Source: Polyangiaceae bacterium
Lineage (GTDB): Bacteria > Myxococcota_A > Polyangia > Polyangiales > Polyangiaceae
DNA: 64,000 nt
Assembly: GCA_035548415.1 (NCBI GenBank)
Contig: DASZTA010000046.1
Location: forward strand, 27,480-91,479
Reading direction: 5' to 3'
A model generated the notes under the pieces. That model worked only from the letters and a program-made list of their open reading frames with translations. It was not told the DNA's origin and ran no database searches. A program made the position numbers and the translations under genes. Shown here in pieces: positions 48,998 through 58,442 of the stretch. Each line of letters begins with the position of its first letter. Within the stretch, counting starts at the first letter, position 1.

Positions 48998-51900
48998 ATG
49001 TTCAAAAGCGTATTGATCGCTAACCGCGGCGAGATCGCGTGCCGCGTCATCCGTACCTTGAAGCGCCTCGGTGTGCGCTCGGTCGCCGTTTATTCGGAGG
49101 CCGATCGTCACGCCAGGCACGTGCTCGATGCCGATGTCGCGGTGTGCGTCGGCCCGGCCGCCGCCAAGCAGAGCTACCTGAACGCGGAAGCCGTGCTCGA
49201 GGCGGCGCGCAGCACCGGCGCCGAAGCCGTGCATCCGGGCTACGGCTTCTTGAGCGAAAATACGCGCTTTGCCGAAGCCGCCGAGGCCGCCGGCATCGCC
49301 TTCATTGGCCCGACTTCCGAGCAAATTTCCAAGTTTGGCTTGAAGCATACGGCGCGTGCCCTGGCCAAGGCGGCGGGTGTGCCGCTCCTCCCAGGGAGTG
49401 AGCTGCTCGCCAACCTCGAAGAAGCGCAAAGCGAGGCTACGCGCATCGGCTTCCCGGTCATGCTCAAGAGCTCGGCGGGTGGCGGCGGCATCGGTATGTC
49501 GCTCTGCCGCAGCGCGCAGGAGCTAGCGGCGGCCTACGAAACGGTACGCCGCTTGAGCCAAAACAATTTCGGCGACGCCAGCGTCTACCTCGAGCGCTTC
49601 GTGGAGCGCGCGCGCCACATCGAGGTACAGCTGTTCGGTGACGGTCGCGGTGACGTCATCGCGCTGGGCGAGCGCGACTGCTCGGCGCAGCGCCGCAACC
49701 AAAAGGTAATCGAAGAGACGCCGGCGCCGAACCTGGAGCCGGGGCTCCGTGCAGCGTTGCACGAAGCCGCGGTCGTGCTGGGTAGGAGCGTCGGCTACCG
49801 CTCGGCCGGCACCGTCGAGTTCGTGTTCGACGCCGAGCGGCGCGAATTTTACTTTCTCGAGGTGAACACGCGCCTGCAGGTCGAGCATGGCGTGACCGAA
49901 GAGGTGATGGGCGTCGACTTGGTCGAGTGGATGATCCGCACGGCAGCCGGTGAGCCCCCGGACTTGTCGGCATTTCGCGGCCGAGTGCCGCGCGGTCACT
50001 CGATCCAGGTGCGCGTTTACGCGGAGGATCCGGCGCGCGACTTCAAGCCCAGCTCGGGGTTGCTCACGGAGGTGAAGCTACCCAACGCTCGCGTCGACAG
50101 TTGGATCGAGCGCGGCACGGAGGTCTCACCCTTTTACGATCCGCTGCTCGCCAAGATCATCGTGCACGGCGAGAATCGCGAGCGCGCGCTCGAAAAGCTC
50201 AAGGGGGCGATCGCCGAGACTCGCATCGGCGGCATCGAGACCAACTTGAGCTACCTCGCGCAGTTGGCGCGCGATCCCGTGTTCGTGGCCGGCGAGACCA
50301 TCACGGCACACCTCAAGAGCGTCGCCTTCTCGACGGCCAGCATCGAGGTCGTGGTCCCCGGTACGTTCAGCATCGTGGTGGAGTACCCGGGCCGGCTCGG
50401 CTACTGGGACGTGGGCATTCCGCCTTCGGGGCCGATGGATCCGCTCGGGCTACGGCTCGCCAATCGCGTCGTCGGTAACGCGGAGGGCGCGGCAGGTATC
50501 GAGCTCACCATGTCCGGTCCCACGCTGCGTTTCGCGACGGACGCGCTGGTGGCGCTGACGGGCGCCGACATGGGCGCCACGCTCGACGACGTGCCGGTCC
50601 CGCAATTTGCGCCGATTTCCATCAAATCCGGCCAAATTCTCAAGCTGGGTGCCTCGGGCGGCTCCGGTGCGCGCGCGTATCTGGCGGTGCGCGGCGGGCT
50701 CGACGTGCCCGAATACTTGGGCAGCCGCACCACGTTCACGCTCGGCGGCTTCGGTGGTCATGGCGGGCGCGTGCTGCGTCGTGGCGACATCTTGCATGTC
50801 GGTGGTCACGCCGCGCCGGACGACCCGCGCGCGCTGCCGCCCGAGCTCTGGCCGAGCTTGGGCCGCCGCTGGCAGCTGGGGGTGCTTTACGGCCCGCACG
50901 GTGCTCCCGACTTCTTCACGCCGCGCGACATCGAGATGCTCTTCTCCACGGATTGGGAGGTGCACTACAACTCGAACCGCACCGGCGTACGCCTGATCGG
51001 ACCCAAACCCGAGTGGGCGCGACCGGACGGCGGCGAAGCCGGCCTGCATCCGTCGAACATTCACGATGTCGCGTATGCCATCGGCGCCATCGACTTCACG
51101 GGTGACATGCCGATCTTACTCGGTCCAGACGGCCCCAGCCTGGGCGGCTTCGTGTGCCCCGGCGTCGTCGCCACCTCCGAGCTGTGGAAGATGGGGCAGC
51201 TGCGTCCCGGCGATAGCGTGCGCTTCGTGCCGCTCGCTCCGGAGCAAGCGGCTGCTCTCCAATTGGCGCAAAATCGGCTGGTTTCGCAGCGTACGGCAAG
51301 CGCACCGGCGGAGCCGCTGGTGGCGACCGTGCCGAGCGGCGCGGTGGCGGCGGAGCTACCGGAAAGCTCCGAGCGCGTGCGCGTCGTTTACCGTCGTGCC
51401 GGCGATCGCTACTTGCTCGTGGAGTACGGGCCGCTGGTGCTCGACTTGCGGCTTCGCTTTCGTGTGCACTCGCTGATGACGTGGCTCAAGCAGAGCAAGC
51501 TGCCCGGCCTCGTCGACCTCACGCCGGGCGTGCGCTCGCTGCAGATCCATTTCGATCCGCACCGAGTCAGCGCGCAGCACCTGCTCTCGGCGTTGCGCAC
51601 CGCCGAGCAAGAGCTACCCGGCATCGACGACGTGGAGGTGCCGACCCGCACGGTGCACCTGCCGCTTTCGTGGGACGATCCCCAGACGCGTCTGGCGATT
51701 CAAAAATACACGACGTCGGTGCGGCCCGACGCGCCGTGGGCCCCGAGCAACATCGAGTTCATTCGTCGCATCAACGGCCTCGACTCGATTGAAGACGTGT
51801 ACAAGACCGTTTTCGGTGCCAGCTACCTGGTGCTGGGTCTGGGCGACGTGTACCTGGGGGCTCCAGTGGCCACGCCGGTCGACCCGCGCCACCGCCTCGT

Positions 51901-52609
51901 CACCACCAAGTACAACCCCGCGCGCACGTGGACGCCGGAAAACGCCGTCGGCATCGGCGGCGCGTACTTGTGCATCTACGGTATGGAGGGGCCGGGCGGC
52001 TATCAGTTCGTCGGCCGCACGCTGCAGGTCTACAACCGCTTTCGTTCGACCGAAAAATTCGTGGCCGGCACGCCCTGGCTGCTGCGCTTCTTCGATCAAA
52101 TACGGTTCTACCCCGTTTCCGCCGAAGAGCTCCTGGAGCAGCGCGAGGCCTTCCCCTACGGCAAGGTCGACATCCGCATCGACGAAGGCACCTTCAAGCT
52201 GCGCGACTACGAAGCTTTCTTGAAGGAGAACCAGGCGTCGATCCAGAGCTTCAAGTCGCAACAACAAGCGGCCTTCGAGGCCGAGCGCCAGCGCTGGATC
52301 GAAAGTGGCCAGCTCAGCTTCAGCAGCGAAGCGCAAGGCAGCGCCGGCGGCGCGACCGATGCGGCGGATCTGCCGGCAGGCGCCGAAGCCGTCGAGTCAC
52401 ACGTGCCCGGCAGCGTTTGGAAGCTCGAGGTCAAGGCGGGCGAGCGCGTCAAACGCGGCCAAACCCTGCTGGTCGTCGAGTCGATGAAGATGGAAATCGC
52501 GGTCGAAGCGCCGAGCGACGGGGTGGTGATCGAGCTGCTCGTCGGCGAGGGCAGGGCGGTTTCGCCCGGGCAACGCGTGGCGGTGCTCAAGAGCGAGGCG
52601 CGCGCGTGA
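48998..52609 (+). CDS. uca: Urea/guanidine carboxylase (biotin-dependent), guanidine-type
   Basis: BC domain ([35 protein letters not shown]), CT domain ([22 protein letters not shown]), biotinyl motif ESMKM. Confidence 0.97.
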   Translation: MFKSVLIANRGEIACRVIRTLKRLGVRSVAVYSEADRHARHVLDADVAVCVGPAAAKQSYLNAEAVLEAARSTGAEAVHPGYGFLSENTRFAEAAEAAGIAFIGPTSEQISKFGLKHTARALAKAAGVPLLPGSELLANLEEAQSEATRIGFPVMLKSSAGGGGIGMSLCRSAQELAAAYETVRRLSQNNFGDASVYLERFVERARHIEVQLFGDGRGDVIALGERDCSAQRRNQKVIEETPAPNLEPGLRAALHEAAVVLGRSVGYRSAGTVEFVFDAERREFYFLEVNTRLQVEHGVTEEVMGVDLVEWMIRTAAGEPPDLSAFRGRVPRGHSIQVRVYAEDPARDFKPSSGLLTEVKLPNARVDSWIERGTEVSPFYDPLLAKIIVHGENRERALEKLKGAIAETRIGGIETNLSYLAQLARDPVFVAGETITAHLKSVAFSTASIEVVVPGTFSIVVEYPGRLGYWDVGIPPSGPMDPLGLRLANRVVGNAEGAAGIELTMSGPTLRFATDALVALTGADMGATLDDVPVPQFAPISIKSGQILKLGASGGSGARAYLAVRGGLDVPEYLGSRTTFTLGGFGGHGGRVLRRGDILHVGGHAAPDDPRALPPELWPSLGRRWQLGVLYGPHGAPDFFTPRDIEMLFSTDWEVHYNSNRTGVRLIGPKPEWARPDGGEAGLHPSNIHDVAYAIGAIDFTGDMPILLGPDGPSLGGFVCPGVVATSELWKMGQLRPGDSVRFVPLAPEQAAALQLAQNRLVSQRTASAPAEPLVATVPSGAVAAELPESSERVRVVYRRAGDRYLLVEYGPLVLDLRLRFRVHSLMTWLKQSKLPGLVDLTPGVRSLQIHFDPHRVSAQHLLSALRTAEQELPGIDDVEVPTRTVHLPLSWDDPQTRLAIQKYTTSVRPDAPWAPSNIEFIRRINGLDSIEDVYKTVFGASYLVLGLGDVYLGAPVATPVDPRHRLVTTKYNPARTWTPENAVGIGGAYLCIYGMEGPGGYQFVGRTLQVYNRFRSTEKFVAGTPWLLRFFDQIRFYPVSAEELLEQREAFPYGKVDIRIDEGTFKLRDYEAFLKENQASIQSFKSQQQAAFEAERQRWIESGQLSFSSEAQGSAGGATDAADLPAGAEAVESHVPGSVWKLEVKAGERVKRGQTLLVVESMKMEIAVEAPSDGVVIELLVGEGRAVSPGQRVAVLKSEARA

Positions 52610-54351
52610 CGGACGGCGGACGCCGCTTCTTGCCGCTAGGCGAGCTCGTGGCCGGAAACCGCAGCGGTCAGACCGCGCCGAGGCAGGAGCTGCTCGAGTG
52701 CGTTCGCCGCATTCAGGCCGAGGGTGAGCGGCCGATCTGGATTTCGACCTTCAACGAAGAGCAGGTGCTGGCACAGCTCGAGGCGGCGGACGAAGCGGGG
52801 CCGCTTTACGGCGTACCCTTCGCCGTGAAGGACAACATCGACGTCGCCGGGTTGCCCACCACGGCGGCGTGCCCGCAGTTCAGCTACATGCCGGCGCGCC
52901 ATGCCACGGTGGTCGAGCGTCTGGTGCAAGCCGGCGCCATCGTGATCGGCAAGACCAACCTGGATCAATTTGCGACCGGTCTGGTCGGCACGCGCACGCC
53001 CTACGGCGCCTGCAGCTCCGTATTCGACGCGCGCTACATTTCGGGCGGTTCCAGCTCGGGTTCGGCGGTGGCCGTCGCCAAAGGGCAGGTGGCGTTCTCG
53101 CTCGGCACCGACACGGCCGGTTCCGGGCGAATTCCGGCGGCCTTCAACGCGCTGTGCGGCGTGAAGCCGACGCGCGGCGTGCTCTCGAACCGCGGTGTGG
53201 TACCGGCGTGCCGCTCGCTCGACTGCGTCTCGATTTTCAGCAGCAGCCTGGCGGACGCCGAGCTCCTGTTCGAGGTGTGCGCCGGCTTCGACGCCGACGA
53301 TCCGTTTTCGCGACCGCGCGAGGCCGTTACCGGCTTTGGTGACGCGCGCCTGCGCCTGGCCGCACCGCGTGCCGAAGACCTCGAGTTCTTCGGCGACGAC
53401 GAGAGCGCCGAGCTGTTCCTGGCCGCGCTCGAGCGCGCCAAAGGCCTGGGCGCCGAGATCAGCCGCTTCGATTTGTCGCCGTTTCGGGAGACGGCGGCGC
53501 TGCTCTACGCCGGACCTTGGGTCGCCGAGCGCCTGGCGACCGCTGCGGCCTTGCTGGAGCGCAACGCCGAGGCGGTGCACCCGGTGGTGCGCGGCATCAT
53601 CGAAGGTGGCCGCAAGTACAGCGCGCTCGAGACCTTTCGTTCGCTTTATCACCTGGGCGAGCTCCGGCGCCGCGCCGACCAGATACTCGCGAGCTGCGAC
53701 GCGTTGCTGTTGCCCACCGCGCCCACGCATTACACGATCGAAGAAGTGCTGCAGAACCCGCTGGAGCTCAATGCGCGCCTCGGCACTTACACCAACTTCG
53801 TGAACCTGCTCGATTTGTGCGCGCTGGCGGTGCCGGCGGGATTCAAGCCATCGGGCTTGCCGTTCGGCGTTACCTTCATGGCGCCGGCTTTTCACGACGC
53901 TCGGCTGCTCGAGCTGGGGCGAGCTTTCACGGGTGAGCAGGCGCAGCGCCGGCAAGCAGCACCCGGCTGCGTCTGGTTGGCGGTGGCCGGTGCGCACCTG
54001 TCGGGGCAACCACTCAATCCAGAGCTCACCTCGCGGGGGGCTCGTCGCATTCGCACCACCAAAACCGCTCCCGAGTACCGGCTCTTCGCGCTCGACACCG
54101 TGCCGCCCAAGCCCGGCCTCGTGCACACGCCCGGCGAAGCCGCGCACGCCATCGAGGTCGAAGTCTGGGAGCTTACCGCGAGCGCCTTCGGCGACTTCGT
54201 GGCGCACATCCCCGCGCCGATGACGATCGGCATGACGAAGCTGGCGGACGGCTCGTTGATCAAGGGCTTCGCCTGCGAGCCTCACGCGCTGGAAGGCGCG
54301 CGCGAGATCAGCCAATTCGGCAGCTGGCGTGCGTTTCGCGCGAGCGCATAA
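52606..54351 (+). CDS. atzF: Allophanate hydrolase
   Basis: GTG overlapping the uca TGA; amidase signature [35 protein letters not shown]; C-terminal [10 protein letters not shown] domain. Confidence 0.96.
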   Translation: MTDGGRRFLPLGELVAGNRSGQTAPRQELLECVRRIQAEGERPIWISTFNEEQVLAQLEAADEAGPLYGVPFAVKDNIDVAGLPTTAACPQFSYMPARHATVVERLVQAGAIVIGKTNLDQFATGLVGTRTPYGACSSVFDARYISGGSSSGSAVAVAKGQVAFSLGTDTAGSGRIPAAFNALCGVKPTRGVLSNRGVVPACRSLDCVSIFSSSLADAELLFEVCAGFDADDPFSRPREAVTGFGDARLRLAAPRAEDLEFFGDDESAELFLAALERAKGLGAEISRFDLSPFRETAALLYAGPWVAERLATAAALLERNAEAVHPVVRGIIEGGRKYSALETFRSLYHLGELRRRADQILASCDALLLPTAPTHYTIEEVLQNPLELNARLGTYTNFVNLLDLCALAVPAGFKPSGLPFGVTFMAPAFHDARLLELGRAFTGEQAQRRQAAPGCVWLAVAGAHLSGQPLNPELTSRGARRIRTTKTAPEYRLFALDTVPPKPGLVHTPGEAAHAIEVEVWELTASAFGDFVAHIPAPMTIGMTKLADGSLIKGFACEPHALEGAREISQFGSWRAFRASA

Positions 54352-54485
54352 AATCGCAGCCGAGCCGGCTCTCGGATCGTCAGGTTCGATGCGTTTAACT
54401 GCTGAGAACTATTGCCTATTCTTTCGTTCGTGCTGGGCATTAGGCGGATTCTGCTGTGGCGAGAGCGAGCGACTTGGGTTATTTG

Positions 54486-54499
54486 TGAAACTGGTTCCA
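54486..54499. promoter_or_regulatory. Near-palindrome TGAAACTGGTTCCA, LacI/cre-like operator candidate upstream of the GH6 gene
   Basis: TGAAAC and the reverse complement of GTTCCA (TGGAAC) match at 5 of 6; 37 nt before ATG 54537 in an AT-richer patch. Confidence 0.35.
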
Positions 54500-54536
54500 G
54501 GTTGTGGACCTCGCCGCGATTAACCCAGGAAATCCC

Positions 54537-55592
54537 ATGACTCGGTCTGCCCTCTCCTCCGTTCGTTCCTTCATGCTCGCCTCGGCGTGCGCGCTCGCTG
54601 CCTGTGGCGGCTCCCACCCGGACGCTGCTGCTCCGAGCTCGGGCTCGACCAGCAGCGCGGTATCGTCCACGCCCGCCGCCGATGAGCCGCTGACGGAGGC
54701 GCCCAAGCCGCCCAAGGCCACCGGCAACCCCTTCACGGGCATGAAGCTGTGGGTCGACCCCGAGTCGCTCAGCATGTTGACCGCCAACTCGCTGCGCAAG
54801 AAGGATCCCGAGAAGGCGAAGATCCTCGACAAGATCGCGCAGCAGCCGCAAGCCTTGTGGGTTGGCGACTGGAACAAAGACGTCAAGCGCTACATCGAGT
54901 ACATCATCGGCAAGACCAAGGCGGACGGCGCCGCGCCGATCTTCATCCTGTACAACGTGCCCGGTCGCGACTGCGGCCAGCACTCCAAGGGCGGCCTCAA
55001 GACGGGCGACGAGTATCGCCACTGGATCCGCAAGGTCGCCAAGGGCGCCGGGCAAGAGAAAGTCGTGTTCGTGCTGGAGCCGGACGCCCTCGGCTTGCTC
55101 GACAAGTGCCTGACTCCAGAGCAGCAGGAAGAGCGCCTGGCCATCATTCACGATGCCGTCAAGGTGCTGCGCCAAAACCCCAACGCCGCCGTGTACCTCG
55201 ACGCCGGCCACGCCCACTGGGCGCCCGCCGACGTGATGGCCGAGCGGCTCAAGAAAGCCGGCATCGAAGACGCGATGGGCTTCTCGCTCAATACGAGCAA
55301 CTACGTGTGGGACAAGGAGAACATCGAGTTCGGCCACAAGGTGTCGAAGCTCGTCGGCGGCGCGCCGTTCATCCTCGACACGAGCCGCAACGGCAACGGT
55401 CAGGACGAAAAGCTCGAATGGTGCAACCCGCCCGGCCGCCACATCGGCAAGCTCCCCACCACCGAGACCGGCGACCCGCTCATCCAGGCTTACCTCTGGC
55501 TCAAGCGCCCCGGTGAGTCGGACGGCGAGTGCAACGGCGGTCCGAAAGCCGGCGCCTTCTGGCTCGAGCAAGCTCTCGAGCTGGCGAAGTAA
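54537..55592 (+). CDS. Glycoside hydrolase family 6 (cellulase) lipoprotein
   Basis: AGGA RBS, lipobox LAAC; YNVPGRDC, VLEPDAL, YLDAGHAHW, NTSNY, DTSRNG, WCNPPG, KRPGESDGEC. Confidence 0.94.
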   Translation: MTRSALSSVRSFMLASACALAACGGSHPDAAAPSSGSTSSAVSSTPAADEPLTEAPKPPKATGNPFTGMKLWVDPESLSMLTANSLRKKDPEKAKILDKIAQQPQALWVGDWNKDVKRYIEYIIGKTKADGAAPIFILYNVPGRDCGQHSKGGLKTGDEYRHWIRKVAKGAGQEKVVFVLEPDALGLLDKCLTPEQQEERLAIIHDAVKVLRQNPNAAVYLDAGHAHWAPADVMAERLKKAGIEDAMGFSLNTSNYVWDKENIEFGHKVSKLVGGAPFILDTSRNGNGQDEKLEWCNPPGRHIGKLPTTETGDPLIQAYLWLKRPGESDGECNGGPKAGAFWLEQALELAK

Positions 55593-55676
55593 GCAGCTCG
55601 CGTCACGGCGAGCGCTGCAGTGCACGTACGAGGGTCCGACCACTGAGGACGCCCACTGACCTCTCACGCGCGCAGA

Positions 55677-55865
55677 AAATTCTTACGCTCGTCAGGAGCT
55701 TCGTGGACGTCCGATGATACCTGGGGTCCCGAAGCGCATCGCGGGTTCACCCAAGTTCTTACGTTCGGCAGAACTTCTTGGCGATGGAACTGCTGACACG
55801 CCGCAAATGGCATTGCGACTGCGAAGCGGCCCGGACAGCGCTCGGACACTGCGAGCTCTGCTTCG
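55677..55865. repeat. Mosaic intergenic repeat, copy B
   Basis: Two direct TTCTTACG-containing 24-mers (55677-55700, 55753-55776), CGAAGCGGC (55822-55830) and GAGCTCTGCTTCG (55853-55865), shared with 16846-17020. Confidence 0.6.
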
Positions 55866-55951
55866 TGGGCCACTGCGTCGAAATGTGTGGAATCCTGAAG
55901 GGCGCTGCGTTTGGCAGCGCCTGGTGAACGAAGGGCGTGGCGCGAGCGAGA

Positions 55952-57358
55952 CTAGTCGTCGTCGGCTTCGGGCGGCTCGGAGTCGCTGGCGTCGGCTTTG
56001 ACCATGCGCTCGAGCATCTTGCGGTGGATGCCGAGTAGGCGGGCGGCGGCGCTCTTGTTGCCGCCTGCGGCCTGCAGGGCCTGGGCGACGAGGGCGCGCT
56101 CGATGGCGTCGAGCTTGGAGGCCTCTTTCGTCGGCAGCGTGAGCAGGGTTTTGGCCATGCGCGTGAGCTCGCGATTGGCCACGGCGCTGTCGCTGCCGAT
56201 CAGCTCTTCGAGCACGGGCACGTCGATGTTGTCGGTTTCCGAGAGCAAGGAGATGCGCTCGATGGCGTTACGCAGCTCGCGCACGTTGCCGGCCCAGCGA
56301 CGGCCGCGAAGCCAGGCGACGGCGGCTTCGCTGAAACGCAGTGGGCGAGCTTGCTCGGCCGCGAACGATTGCACCAAATGTGGGATGTCGTCGTCGCGTT
56401 CGCCCAACGGCGGCACGTCGATGGTCACCACGTTGAGGCGGAAATACAGGTCTTCACGGAAGGTGCCGGCTTCGATGCGGCGCTCCAGATCCACGTGCGT
56501 GGCGGCGATGATGCGCGCGTCGAGCGAGACTTCTTCTTCGGCGCCGAGCGGGCGGAACTTGCGATCTTCGATCACGCGCAGCAGCTTGGCTTGCAGCTCG
56601 ATCGGCATCTCGGCGATTTCGTCGAGCAGCAGCGTGCCGGAGCCGGCCAGCTCCAATTGACCCCGCACGCGCCGATCTGCACCCGTGAAGGCGCCGCGCT
56701 GGTGACCGAAGACCAGCGACTCGATGAGGGTGCCGGGTAGCGCCGAGCAGTTGACGGCGAGCAGCGGATGGCTGGCGCGCTTGCCGGCGTAGTGAATGGC
56801 ACGCGCGACCATCTCTTTGCCGGAGCCGGTGGCGCCGCGCACCAAGATGGGAGCGTCGGCGTCCGCCACGCGCCGCACGAGCTTGCGAACACGCTCGATG
56901 GCCGGAGAAACGCCGACGATCGCCGGCAAGCCCTGGCGGCGATCGACCTGCTCGCGCAGGCGCTGCACCTCCCCTTGCAGGGCGAAGCGCTCGCGGATGC
57001 CGTCGACGATGGGCAGCAGCATCTCGGCGCACAGCTCGTCTTTCAGCACGTAGTCTTGCGCGCCCTGGCGCATGGCTTCGCGGATTTCGGCCAGCTCGCT
57101 GACACCCGTGACCATCACGGCCGGCATGCCGCGGCCCGTGGAGCGCACCCAGCGCAAGAAATCCAAGCCGCCGCGATCGTTCGGCGAGTCGCTGAGACGG
57201 ATGTCGAGCAACATGGCGTCGACGTCTTGCTTCTCGAGGCACAGCTGCGCCTCGTTCACGCTCGCCGCTTCCAGCAGCTCCACGTCGGGACGCGCTTCGA
57301 GCAGGCGCCGCAGGACCAGGCGCGCGCTGCGCTGATCGTCCAGCAGCAGGAGCTTCAT
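55952..57358 (-). CDS. Sigma-54-dependent response regulator (NtrC family)
   Basis: REC domain, Walker A GATGSGKE, intact GAFTGA, LLLDEI, WAGNVRELRN, Fis-type HTH GNKSAAARLLG. Confidence 0.96.
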   Translation of the reverse strand: MKLLLLDDQRSARLVLRRLLEARPDVELLEAASVNEAQLCLEKQDVDAMLLDIRLSDSPNDRGGLDFLRWVRSTGRGMPAVMVTGVSELAEIREAMRQGAQDYVLKDELCAEMLLPIVDGIRERFALQGEVQRLREQVDRRQGLPAIVGVSPAIERVRKLVRRVADADAPILVRGATGSGKEMVARAIHYAGKRASHPLLAVNCSALPGTLIESLVFGHQRGAFTGADRRVRGQLELAGSGTLLLDEIAEMPIELQAKLLRVIEDRKFRPLGAEEEVSLDARIIAATHVDLERRIEAGTFREDLYFRLNVVTIDVPPLGERDDDIPHLVQSFAAEQARPLRFSEAAVAWLRGRRWAGNVRELRNAIERISLLSETDNIDVPVLEELIGSDSAVANRELTRMAKTLLTLPTKEASKLDAIERALVAQALQAAGGNKSAAARLLGIHRKMLERMVKADASDSEPPEADDD

Positions 57359-58050
57359 TCCGGTACCTTATCGCGGCTCTCGAGCACGTCGCGAGCCGGA
57401 ATCGAGAGCTTGGCGACCGTACGGGCGTCTTCTCGCTCGAACGCGAGCGTGAAGCCGTGACTGCGCGCGGCGCGCAGCGCCAGCGTGAGCCCCAGGCCCA
57501 GCGCGCCGGGCCGGGTCGAATGGCCCCAGCGCAGCGCCTGCTCGGGAGCACCCGCGCCGGCGTCGAAGCCCGAGCCGTCGTCCCACACGCGAAATGTCAC
57601 GCCGTCGCCGCACGTGACGTGAACGCCCGCATGGGTCTGCTTGGCCTCGAGCGCGTTGTCGATGAGCGCGGCGAGCCCCTCCGCTACCAGCTCGAGATCG
57701 CAGCCCACGCTGATGCCCTCGTCACCCTCCAGCCGAAGCTCGAGCGGGAGCGGGCGTTCTGGCGTCGCGACGCGCGCGCAGGCGGCGTCGACGAGCACGC
57801 GCGGCGTGTGCTCGGCTCGTTCGGGTGTGCGCTTGGCGAGCTCGCGCAGGCGCGTCGCGAGCGAGCTGAAACGCTGCAGCTCTTCGGACAGCGCGCTCGC
57901 TTCTTCGGCGTCGAGCTGTTTGCCCTGGCTCAGCTGCTCGGCAATCAGCCGAAAAAAGCTGAGTCCTCCGTTGATCTCGTGGCCCAGCTCGGCCGCCAGC
58001 GCTCGCGTCGCATTGCTGCTGTAAAGCCGCACAGAATTGCGCGCTGACAT
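57355..58050 (-). CDS. Histidine kinase core with no sensor domain
   Basis: H-box LGHEINGGL at residue 24, N-box LIDNALEA, G1 WDDGSGF, G2 GLGLTLA; stop overlaps the NtrC ATG. Confidence 0.85.
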   Translation of the reverse strand: MSARNSVRLYSSNATRALAAELGHEINGGLSFFRLIAEQLSQGKQLDAEEASALSEELQRFSSLATRLRELAKRTPERAEHTPRVLVDAACARVATPERPLPLELRLEGDEGISVGCDLELVAEGLAALIDNALEAKQTHAGVHVTCGDGVTFRVWDDGSGFDAGAGAPEQALRWGHSTRPGALGLGLTLALRAARSHGFTLAFEREDARTVAKLSIPARDVLESRDKVPE

Positions 58051-58077
58051 GCGGGCCTAGAGACTAACATCGCTCGC

Positions 58078-58401
58078 ATGGCTGCGCCCCCTGTCAGGCT
58101 GTTCGTTTACGGCTCGCTCAAGCGCGGCGGGCGCCATCACGCCGAGCTCCAGAACTCTCGTTTCTTGGGCGAAGCCACGACGGCCCCCGGGCATGCGGTC
58201 ATTCAGCTGGGTGATTACCCGGCGCTAATCCAGGCTGATGACGGCGTCGTCACCGGCGAGCTGTTCGAAGTGCCCGAAAGCCTTCTACCCGCGTTGGACG
58301 AGCTCGAGGGCGACGCTTACGTGCGCCAAAACCTGGCCGTAAGGGTGGCTGGAGCCACAGATCTGGCCTTGGCTCTCGCGTACTTCCACAACGCGCGCTA
58401 G
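58078..58401 (+). CDS. Gamma-glutamylcyclotransferase (AIG2-like) family protein
   Basis: LFVYGSLKRG..H, GDYPAL, GELFEV, LDELEG..YVR. Confidence 0.9.
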   Translation: MAAPPVRLFVYGSLKRGGRHHAELQNSRFLGEATTAPGHAVIQLGDYPALIQADDGVVTGELFEVPESLLPALDELEGDAYVRQNLAVRVAGATDLALALAYFHNAR

Positions 58402-58442
58402 TGCCTGGCCAGAAACCGCGCTAGCTTTCCCGATCCCGTACC

